32,000 bases of DNA from Nostoc punctiforme PCC 73102 (GCF_000020025.1 NC_010628.1:1320001-1352000), one strand, 5' to 3'. Positions 9,099-16,214 are shown, numbered from the stretch's first letter. Notes: generated from the sequence alone by a model not told the origin. A program made the numbers and translations.

Positions 9099-9182
9099 GG
9101 GGAGCAGGGGGCAGGGGAGCAGGGGGGAAAGAATTAATAACCAGTACCCAATGACAAATGACAAATGACCAATGACCAATTG
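9099..9182. repeat. STRR-type heptamer repeats (GGGGAGC/AGGGGGC run, then 4x AATGAC[AC])
   Basis: Tandem heptamers read directly at 9099-9127 and 9150-9180, upstream of the CIS module. Confidence 0.8.
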
Positions 9183-9271
9183 AAAAAATATCGACAAAAG
9201 TCTAATTAACTTTAGAAGGCTGATACATATACTGTAGATGCATCTGGATTAGCTACCAGCAGAACACCTTC

Positions 9272-10111
9272 ATGCTTATCTTCGTTCTTCAAACTTTAGC
9301 CGAAATTCTAGCTGGAGGAACCTCACTTACCAGTACAGAGCAAATTGACTTTAGCCATCCTGGTAATCGAAGGGAAGAGGGAGCAGGCCCGACTCTCAAT
9401 TTATACATTTTTGATATACGTGAGAGTAAGCAGGTACAACATTCTGGTAGGCAAGTTGAACGCAAGCTAACACGCGCTCTACAACCTGCCACTGTAAATT
9501 GGGCACCCGCTTGGTTTGATGTTTCACTGCTATTAACAGCCTGGGATAGAACAGCTTTAGGGGAGCATCACTTTATCAGTGAGGCGTTGGCTGTGCTGTT
9601 GCGCCATCGCACCTTGGAAGAGGAGTTTTTGGTTCCTGAATTACGGGGCTATGGTAATTTGAACATGACAGTTGCCCTAGAGCCGCCAATTGAAATTGGC
9701 TCTTTATGGAGCGCTCTCAATGTGCCATTGCGTTCAGCCTTATATTTGACAGTTACAATCCCCTTCGAGCCACAACCTACTCCAGTACCTTTGGTTTGGG
9801 AGCGGATTTTCAATTTGCGAAATCAATTGTCTCGTGATAGCGACAGTCTAGTATTAACCAGGCGAGTTGCGATCGCGGGTATTGTCAAAAGTGCGGTGAC
9901 AAATCTGCCACTGGTAGCGGCAGAAGTAGCTGTGAGGGGAACTGACAAGTCCATATCAACTACTAAAGAAGGACTGTTCTTTTTTGAAGACCTTCATTTA
10001 GGTAATTATGTTTTGACGCTGAATCATCCTGGCTATTTACCCCAAAACGTCAATGCATTGGTAGATAACCAAAGTAATACTTTCAAAGAAATATTTCTAA
10101 CTCCTGAATAA
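9272..10111 (+). CDS. DUF4255 (Pvc16/Afp16 N-terminal-like, tail cap/terminator) protein with a C-terminal carboxypeptidase-regulatory-like beta-sandwich
   Basis: IDFSHPG....GPTLNLYIFDIRES matches the DUF4255 signature. The C-terminus (GIVKSA..N.PL..AEVAV.GTDKS..T.KEGLFFFEDLHLGNYVLTLNHPGY) looks like a CarboxypepD_reg-type domain. Confidence 0.8.
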   Translation: MLIFVLQTLAEILAGGTSLTSTEQIDFSHPGNRREEGAGPTLNLYIFDIRESKQVQHSGRQVERKLTRALQPATVNWAPAWFDVSLLLTAWDRTALGEHHFISEALAVLLRHRTLEEEFLVPELRGYGNLNMTVALEPPIEIGSLWSALNVPLRSALYLTVTIPFEPQPTPVPLVWERIFNLRNQLSRDSDSLVLTRRVAIAGIVKSAVTNLPLVAAEVAVRGTDKSISTTKEGLFFFEDLHLGNYVLTLNHPGYLPQNVNALVDNQSNTFKEIFLTPE

Positions 10112-10141
10112 TTAGATTTTTACTGACTTGGAGAAACTTTC

Positions 10142-11803
10142 ATGGCTAGACTTGATTACTTTGCTCCTGGTGTCTACATCGAAGAAATTGACCGGGGTAG
10201 CCGACCAATTGAAGGTGTTAGCACAGCAGTTGCTGGATTTGTAGGCTTTACAGAAGATGTTCGTGGTGGGGCTGAGTTATACAAGCCCATGCTTGTGACC
10301 ACTTGGACGCAATATTTAAACTACTTTGCCCGTCCCAACTCTGACGGCTTCACCGACTTCAACGCCTATTTACCTTTTTCAGTCTACGGCTACTTTATGA
10401 ATGGTGGCGGTCGTTGCTGGGTAACAAGCATTGGGACTCAGTTACCAGGCGCACCCAGACCCGCAACTCCAGAACCGGCGACTCTCAGAATCAACTCTAG
10501 AGGTAATCGTCCAGCCCTCCGCTTTACTTTGCGTCCTGAGCAAGCATCAGGCGGATTAGTAAATCTTGTAATTATTGATGGTTCACCCCGCGCCTTACCG
10601 GAAGGTACTGAAGGAGAAGCGCCTCCAAATACAGGTGAATATTTCACCATTCAAATTCGTCGGGGAGATGAACTTTTAGAGCAATACGAAAACTTGACAA
10701 TGAACCGCGAGCCTGCTGCTCAGATAGCGACTTATGCGTTAGCAGCATTGAGAAATTCGATGTATGTCAGTGTAGAAGACATAACTCAAAGTGGACAGCC
10801 TTTAGCTCGTCGTCCCGTGAATGGTCAATATGAACTAGCGCCACCCATTGTTGCCGCCCCACCCGATAGATTTTCACAGAATTTAGAAGGGGTTCGAGAC
10901 GATCGCACCGGAGTACGCGGTATCTTTGAAGTTGATGAAATCACAATGCTGGCTTGTCCTGATGTGATGCGGGCTTATCAAGAGCAGATACTGAATTTAG
11001 ATCAAGTCCACGGCATCATCGAACTGATGATTAGTATGTGCGAGGGTTCTGCCAGTGGCGATATTCCCAACCCCCCCAACCGCATGGTTGTACTTGATGC
11101 GCCACCGGATGCCGTCAAACCCCAGCAAGTAGTGGAGTGGCTGAATAGATTTAACCGTCGTTCGATGTTTGCGGCCCTTTATTATCCTTGGATTAAAGTA
11201 CCTAATCCACGCGATCGCGGTAATCCAATTTTAGTACCTCCTTGTGGTCATGTGATGGGTGTTTGGGCCCGCACTGACGAAACCAGAGGAGTTTACAAAG
11301 CCCCTGCAAATGAAGTTCCCAGAGGCGTAATTGGTTTGGGCTATGAAACAAACTTCCGCGAACAAGAACTATTAAACCCCTTGGGGATAAATTGTATTCG
11401 CAGCTTCCCCAACCGAGGTATCCGCATTTGGGGCGCACGCACACTAGTTGAGCCAGATAAAACAGAGTGGCGTTACATTAGTGTGCGTCGGTTAATTAGC
11501 TATATCGAAAAATCCCTAGAATTAGGGACTCAATGGGTAGTTTTTGAACCGAACGACCAAGATTTATGGGCACGTGTCACCCGCACCGTTAGTAATTTCT
11601 TAGAGCGTATCTGGCGTGAAGGTGCTTTATTTGGGGCATCTCCAGCACAAGCATTCTACGTGAAGTGTGACGAAGAATTGAACCCACCAGAAACCAGAAT
11701 TTTAGGACGTTTATATATTGAAGTCGGTGTTTGCCCAGTCAGACCAGCTGAATTTGTTGTATTCCGCATCAGCCAATGGAATGGCATTGAAGATAGCGAA
11801 TAG
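10142..11803 (+). CDS. Contractile tail sheath protein (CIS sheath)
   Basis: N-terminus MARLDYFAPGVYIEEIDRGSRPIEGVSTAVAGFVGFTE and C-terminal block YKAPANE...GINCIR.F.NRGIRIWGARTL are classic phage-sheath motifs. A GGAGA sequence lies 8 nt upstream. Confidence 0.95.
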   Translation: MARLDYFAPGVYIEEIDRGSRPIEGVSTAVAGFVGFTEDVRGGAELYKPMLVTTWTQYLNYFARPNSDGFTDFNAYLPFSVYGYFMNGGGRCWVTSIGTQLPGAPRPATPEPATLRINSRGNRPALRFTLRPEQASGGLVNLVIIDGSPRALPEGTEGEAPPNTGEYFTIQIRRGDELLEQYENLTMNREPAAQIATYALAALRNSMYVSVEDITQSGQPLARRPVNGQYELAPPIVAAPPDRFSQNLEGVRDDRTGVRGIFEVDEITMLACPDVMRAYQEQILNLDQVHGIIELMISMCEGSASGDIPNPPNRMVVLDAPPDAVKPQQVVEWLNRFNRRSMFAALYYPWIKVPNPRDRGNPILVPPCGHVMGVWARTDETRGVYKAPANEVPRGVIGLGYETNFREQELLNPLGINCIRSFPNRGIRIWGARTLVEPDKTEWRYISVRRLISYIEKSLELGTQWVVFEPNDQDLWARVTRTVSNFLERIWREGALFGASPAQAFYVKCDEELNPPETRILGRLYIEVGVCPVRPAEFVVFRISQWNGIEDSE

Positions 11804-11806
11804 GAT

Positions 11807-11909
11807 ATTGGGAATTGGAAATTGGGAATTGAGGAAACAATTCTTGTAACTCCTAACTCCCATTCCCCATTCCCCGTTCGCCATTTCCCATTCCCCATTC
11901 CCAATTCTC
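11807..11909. repeat. Inverted STRR-type heptamer arrays (GGGAATT-like arm facing CCCCATT-like arm)
   Basis: Left arm ATTGGGAATTGGAAATTGGGAATTGAGG (11807-11834); right arm CTCCCATTCCCCATTCCCC...CCCATTCCCAATTCTC (11857-11909). Located in the sheath-tube spacer. Confidence 0.8.
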
Positions 11910-11940
11910 AAATTAATCACACACAAAGGAGTCCAAAAGT

Positions 11941-12396
11941 ATGGCAGGCGAATTTTTAACCTCTTGTAAATTTTACTTTGAGGCTGACGGCATTACTGAT
12001 AAATTCATCAAAGAAATTAGTGGCTTAGGCGTTGAGAATACTCCAGCGCAAGAAGTCCACGGTTCATCTAAAGGCGCTAAACTAATGCGTCAAGCTACAC
12101 CAACTGTTGTTAAATTTACCAACATCACAGTAAAAGTCATCGCCACTGATGATATAGACCTTTATAAATGGTATCAAGATTGTAACGAAGACATGGGAGA
12201 CCCTCGGAAGTGGTCACAGAAGCGTAAAACTGGTTCAGTGGTTGCTTATGACCAACAAGGCTCTGAAAAAGCACGCTGGAACATTGTCAATTGTTATCCT
12301 TGTAAATACACTGGCCCTACCTTAACTGCCTCTGGTGGTGATATGGCAAATGAAACAGTTGAATTGGTTCACGAAGGAATTAAACGAATCAAATAA
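11941..12396 (+). CDS. Tail tube protein, T4 gp19-like (CIS tube, paralog 1)
   Basis: FYFEADG....FKEISGLG.E......HG...G......PT.VKF.NITVK......DLYKWY, then W.I.NCYPCKY.GP.L.A......E.VELVHEG. AAGGAG SD at 11926-11931. Confidence 0.9.
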   Translation: MAGEFLTSCKFYFEADGITDKFIKEISGLGVENTPAQEVHGSSKGAKLMRQATPTVVKFTNITVKVIATDDIDLYKWYQDCNEDMGDPRKWSQKRKTGSVVAYDQQGSEKARWNIVNCYPCKYTGPTLTASGGDMANETVELVHEGIKRIK

Positions 12397-12405
12397 TCGT
12401 AATTA

Positions 12406-12560
12406 CGTAAAGCCTGCGGCATAGCTTTGCTTAGAGCGTAGCGGTAGCAAGTCCGCAAGCTTCATTACGAATTACGTTAGCGCAGCGTAAAGCCTGCGGC
12501 ATGGCTTCGCTTAGAGCGACGCAGGAGCGTCATTACGAATTACGAATTACGAATTATTTA
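12406..12560. repeat. Duplicated small dispersed repeat (CGTAAAGCCTGCGGCATRGCTTYGCTTAGAGCG) plus AATTACG heptamer run
   Basis: Copies at 12406-12444 and 12486-12525. ATTACGA heptamers at about 12465-12476 and 12531-12556. Confidence 0.75.
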
Positions 12561-13058
12561 ACAGTGGTACAATCCGCAAGCCGAATTCCAGAAGTTCTTA
12601 CGGCCCATCGGTTCTATTTAGAACTGACACTAGAAGGTCAAAACGATGCCAATTGCTTTTTTTTGGAGTGTCAAGGCTTCAAAAGAACACAAGAGGTAAT
12701 TGAAATTTCTGAAGTTACTTCTCAAACCTGGGGTAAAAAAGGGCAATCAAAAGGCCAGGTGGTGAGAACTAAGCTTCCTAGCAATCCTAAGAGTGGTAAT
12801 CTCACTCTGCGTAGAGGTACTACCAACTCTATGGATTTTTGGAAGTGGTTTGAAAAAGTTGAAAAAGGTAATTGGTCTGAGCAACGTAGACTTGTTGCTT
12901 TGTCTATTTATAATCAGGCAAATCAAGAAATAGCTAGATTTGAATTAGCCGGTGCTTGGCCTGCAAGTTACAAAATTGCCGATGTTAACGCCCGCAGCCA
13001 TGACATCGAAATTGAGGAAGTGGAGGTTGCTTTTGAGGAATTTAAACGTGTGAAGTAA
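12501..13058 (+). CDS. Tail tube protein, gp19-like (CIS tube, paralog 2); true start probably GTG 12564
   Basis: RFYLELTLEG....FLECQGF....EVIEI......, then LAGAWPASYKI.D......IEIEEVEVAFEEF. The first 21 codons of the listed ORF lie inside the dispersed repeat, so the in-frame GTG at 12564 is more plausible. Confidence 0.85.
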   Translation: MASLRATQERHYELRITNYLTVVQSASRIPEVLTAHRFYLELTLEGQNDANCFFLECQGFKRTQEVIEISEVTSQTWGKKGQSKGQVVRTKLPSNPKSGNLTLRRGTTNSMDFWKWFEKVEKGNWSEQRRLVALSIYNQANQEIARFELAGAWPASYKIADVNARSHDIEIEEVEVAFEEFKRVK

Positions 13059-13069
13059 TTAGGAGAAGT

Positions 13070-13417
13070 ATGTTTCCCACAGAGTTTGAATTTACACTGC
13101 CAAAGGGGTATCTAGACTCTGAAGGCAACCTCCACCGCAAAGGTGTAATGCGGTTATCAACGGCAATAGACGAGATTGCACCCTTGCGTGACCCACGCGT
13201 TAAAGCTAATCCTGTTTATGCCACAATTATTATCTTGTCACGAGTGATTACTCACTTGGGTGCTTTATCAGAAGTTACTCCTGCAATAGTAGAAAACTTT
13301 TTTGCCCAAGATTTAAATTATCTCCAAGATTTTTATCGGCGAATTAATGGCTTGGAAGGTGAAACTTCCATACCAGAAGATACAATAAACTCCCCCGAAG
13401 CACTTATTCATAATTGA
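13070..13417 (+). CDS. Small conserved CIS-associated protein, tail-assembly-chaperone-like (paralog A)
   Basis: 115 aa. AGGAG SD lies upstream. Clear paralog of 13694-14077 (EFxFTLPxG..DSE...HR.GVMRL.TA.DEI......RV..NP.Y......L.RVIT.LG.L..V.P.......L..D..YL..FY.RIN). Confidence 0.75.
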   Translation: MFPTEFEFTLPKGYLDSEGNLHRKGVMRLSTAIDEIAPLRDPRVKANPVYATIIILSRVITHLGALSEVTPAIVENFFAQDLNYLQDFYRRINGLEGETSIPEDTINSPEALIHN

Positions 13418-13418
13418 A

Positions 13419-13690
13419 TTGGACATGGGGCATTGGGTATGGGCGTGGGGAGCAGAAAGCAAAGACTCATTAACGGAGTTCAAAGCTTCATTAACGGAGT
13501 TTAAAGACTCATTAACGGAGTTCAAAGACTCATTAACGGAGTTCAAAGCCTCATTAATGGAGTTCAAAGCCTCATTAATGGAGTTCAAAGCCTCATTAAT
13601 GGAGTTCAAAGCCTCATTAATGGAGTTCAAAGACTCATCCCCTATTCTCAATGCCCCATGCCCCATGCCCAATCCCCAATTCCCAAATGA
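13419..13690. repeat. Composite repeat: 8 full copies plus one partial copy of a 21-nt tandem unit (AAAGMCTCATTAAYGGAGTTC), flanked by inverted G-rich/C-rich heptamer arms
   Basis: Units at 13461-13628, period 21; the first four are the AACGG type and the last four the AATGG type. Left arm ATGGGGCATTGGGTATGGGCGTGGGG; right arm ATGCCCCATGCCCCATGCCCAATCCCCAATTCCC. Confidence 0.85.
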
Positions 13691-13693
13691 CTT

Positions 13694-14077
13694 ATGCCCC
13701 GTAAAAAGGATACTCTCTCCACAGAATTTGCCTTCACTCTTCCTAGAGGATTGAGTGATAGTGAACACCGAATACATCGTCATGGGGTGATGCGTTTAGC
13801 CACCGCTAAAGATGAAATTTTGGTGCAACAAGAGCGCAGAGTTCAGGAAAATCCAGCTTATGGTGTTTTGGTGATGCTTGCACGGGTTATTACTCGCTTG
13901 GGCAGTCTTAATTCTGTTAGCCCTGATTTACTCGAAGAACTTCTTTTACATGACATTGCCTATCTTCGAGAATTTTATAATCGAATCAATCAGCAAGGCG
14001 ATGTACATATTCCTACACAATGTCCCCATTGTAATACCCAATTTTCAGTGGAGCTAGAACTAGCGGGGGAGTCGTAA
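13694..14077 (+). CDS. Small conserved CIS-associated protein, tail-assembly-chaperone-like (paralog B) with C-terminal CPHC motif
   Basis: 127 aa, paralog of 13070-13417. Stop TAA at 14075-14077, immediately after a G5 run. Confidence 0.75.
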   Translation: MPRKKDTLSTEFAFTLPRGLSDSEHRIHRHGVMRLATAKDEILVQQERRVQENPAYGVLVMLARVITRLGSLNSVSPDLLEELLLHDIAYLREFYNRINQQGDVHIPTQCPHCNTQFSVELELAGES

Positions 14078-14223
14078 GCTACCCCTCCGATACTTTATAT
14101 GAGGAGGTAGCTTTTATTGCTTATCATTTCCACTGGTCACAAGATGATATTTTAAATTTAGAACATACTACCCGTCAGCGCTGGGTGGCAGAAATCAATA
14201 AAATTAACCAAAAATTAATATGA
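14035..14223 (+). CDS. Start-less conserved-looking reading frame (DUF6760-like), probably expressed as a -1 frameshift extension of 13694-14077
   Basis: 62 sense codons (YPIFSGARTSGGVVSYPSDTLYEEVAFIAYHFHWSQDDILNLEHTTRQRWVAEINKINQKLI). There is no ATG, GTG or TTG until 12 codons from the end. It is in the -1 frame relative to paralog B and overlaps it at 14035-14074. Its TGA overlaps the next gene's ATG (ATGA at 14220-14223). Confidence 0.5.
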   Translation, partial: YPIFSGARTSGGVVSYPSDTLYEEVAFIAYHFHWSQDDILNLEHTTRQRWVAEINKINQKLI

Positions 14224-16214
14224 AAGTAAAAGTTAGCTATTCACCAAATCTAAGTGAAGTCAATGAAGTTGACCTGACCACAGAAACTCCAACGAGAGGA
14301 GAATGGTTAATAGGTCGTTCTCCTGATTCTGATTTAGTCTTAGACAGTCCTGATATTAGTCGGGTACATGCTAAGTTTTTTGTTAAAGCTGGAAATTACT
14401 ACTTCTCTGACCTTGGCAGTAGAAATGGCTCAATATTTAATGGAAAACAAGCCGAAAAAGATCGACCATATTCTTTGAGTGATGGAGATATTATCAGGAT
14501 TGCAGATTACGTTCTGATCTTAGAAGCAGTTGCTCCCGCTTATGAGCAACCAGAGACAGTCTTTAGAATTATAGACCCTTCACTGTTTTCTCGGCCGCGA
14601 TCGCCTGAAAATGTCAGCGCAGCCAATGTCGTTAATCCATCCCCAGAAGTAGTTAGCGAAGTTCCAGCGCCTATTACTCCCGAAGTAGAAACACCTTCTC
14701 CAGAAGTCAGCGAAACCTCCGAAGTTGTTGCTAATCAACCCGATGATGTCATTCCGGTTGTTGAGGTAATCGCCCCTGAAAACATTATTCAGTCACCAGA
14801 AGCAGTTAGCGAAGTTCCACACGATGTCCATGATGAAATTGTGGATTTGCAATCAGTTGCGCCAGAAGTCAGTGCAGATGTTGAAGAAGTAGAGATTCCA
14901 GAAGTTAGCGAAAATGATGAGGAAGTTTCTTTTACTGTAGCCGAAGCTGCGATCGCAGCACCTGAAAATATCATCGAAACTTCTGAAGAGGAAATTACAC
15001 TTCCAGAAGTCACTCATGATGAGGTTACAGACTTCGAAACAGCACTGGCGACAGAATCTACTTTCGTGCAACGGCGTGATACAAGTAGTATTCCCCAAGC
15101 TACTGACCATGAAGATGCAGAGTTTGAGGCAGCACTAGAAGCAGAAGTTACCTTCGTACAGCCACGTGATATTTTCCACCAAGTTCCTGCAACCTCTCCT
15201 GAAGATGCAGAGTTAGAGGCGGCGCTGGAAGCAGAAGTCACCTTCGTGCAGCCGCGTGATATTTTCGGCGAAGTATCTAATGAAGAAAGTACTGTTCTGG
15301 AAGTTACTCATAATGAAAATGAAGTAGTAGATTTAGATACACCAGTCGCAGAAGAAGTCGGTTTAGAGTTTGGCGAATTTGTCAACGAAGTTACTGAAGA
15401 AGAGGAAATTCAGCCGCAAGAAACATTGAGCCAAGATACACAAGATATCAATGATGAACTAGCAGATTTAGATATTTTATTTACGGCAGAAGAAAGCGTA
15501 GATATTGACGAAGTAGAACCTAGTTTTGCTGTTGATGAAACAGGAGGTGAAGTTTCTGAAGCATTGACTGAGCCTGATAATATCGTTGTAGAAGTTTCTA
15601 GCAATCAATACATTGATTTGAATAATACAAATACAGAAGAAGCCAGCGTAAATGTTGATGATGTTGTTCTAGTAAGTGAAGTTGCTGAATTAGCTGATAT
15701 TCAATCTTTAGAAACAACAAAAAGCGAAGTTCCTGAGAGTATCAGTCAAACTATTGAAGAGGTTACTGAAGTAGAAGCGACTCAATTTGATGAAACTCCA
15801 GAAGAAATAAATGTAAGTGAGCCTCCCCAAGTGATTATTGAAAGAAACATAGTACTTATCGCTCACGAGAGCAAGAAATCAGAACTTGCTGAATTTGTTT
15901 CTCAACATCAGGAATTTTTCTCACAGAGCTTTACAATTACCTGGCCATCTGTTGGCGAAGTCTTACATCAACAAGCAGGAATAACAATTAGTCAGCAAAC
16001 CCCCGCACCAATTTCTGGAGGATATCAAACAATTGCTTCATTGGTTGGAGCAGGAGAAATTTTAGCAGTTATTTTCCTGAGAGATTTGCTGCAACCTCAG
16101 CCTGGTCAGGCAAATGAAGAAGCTCTGCTCAGATTATGCACTATTAATCAAGTTTTACTGGCAACTAATTTGCCAACAGCAGAAGCGATCGTGCATTATC
16201 TTAAACATATATAG
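14220..16214 (+). CDS. FHA domain / long acidic repeat region / methylglyoxal-synthase-like (MGS-like) domain protein
   Basis: N-terminal FHA (WLIGRSPDSDLVLDSPDISRVHAKF......YYFSDLGSRNGS..NG). About 400 aa are E/V/P/S-rich with PEV(S/V)E motifs and three 30-aa repeats. The C-terminus aligns by eye to MgsA (IVLIAHESKK...SGGYQTIASLVGAGEILAVIF..D......A.EEALLRLC.IN.V.LATN..TA). Confidence 0.85.
   Translation: MKVKVSYSPNLSEVNEVDLTTETPTRGEWLIGRSPDSDLVLDSPDISRVHAKFFVKAGNYYFSDLGSRNGSIFNGKQAEKDRPYSLSDGDIIRIADYVLILEAVAPAYEQPETVFRIIDPSLFSRPRSPENVSAANVVNPSPEVVSEVPAPITPEVETPSPEVSETSEVVANQPDDVIPVVEVIAPENIIQSPEAVSEVPHDVHDEIVDLQSVAPEVSADVEEVEIPEVSENDEEVSFTVAEAAIAAPENIIETSEEEITLPEVTHDEVTDFETALATESTFVQRRDTSSIPQATDHEDAEFEAALEAEVTFVQPRDIFHQVPATSPEDAELEAALEAEVTFVQPRDIFGEVSNEESTVLEVTHNENEVVDLDTPVAEEVGLEFGEFVNEVTEEEEIQPQETLSQDTQDINDELADLDILFTAEESVDIDEVEPSFAVDETGGEVSEALTEPDNIVVEVSSNQYIDLNNTNTEEASVNVDDVVLVSEVAELADIQSLETTKSEVPESISQTIEEVTEVEATQFDETPEEINVSEPPQVIIERNIVLIAHESKKSELAEFVSQHQEFFSQSFTITWPSVGEVLHQQAGITISQQTPAPISGGYQTIASLVGAGEILAVIFLRDLLQPQPGQANEEALLRLCTINQVLLATNLPTAEAIVHYLKHI

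Noticed and set aside
8796-9271. Searched the divergent promoter region for NtcA (GTA-N8-TAC) or LexA-like boxes
   Set aside because: No convincing match was found by eye; AGTACCCAATGAC at about 9143 lacks the second half-site. No promoter is called.
11656-11926. Two minus-strand ORFs (82 and 71 aa) in the sheath-tube spacer
   Set aside because: They translate the heptamer repeats (GNGEW-type peptides) and overlap the end of the well-supported sheath gene.
13461-13640. Possible CRISPR array
   Set aside because: The repeats are directly abutting 21-nt units with no unique spacers, and no cas genes are in the window.
13313-13783. ORFs of 156 aa (-) and 111 aa (+, 13419-13754) running through the 21-nt tandem repeats
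   Set aside because: Both strands stay open only because a 21-nt (7-codon) unit is repeated in frame. The peptides are pure repeat translations (SLTEFKD / NSINEAL) flanked by heptamer arms. They are treated as a non-coding repeat element.
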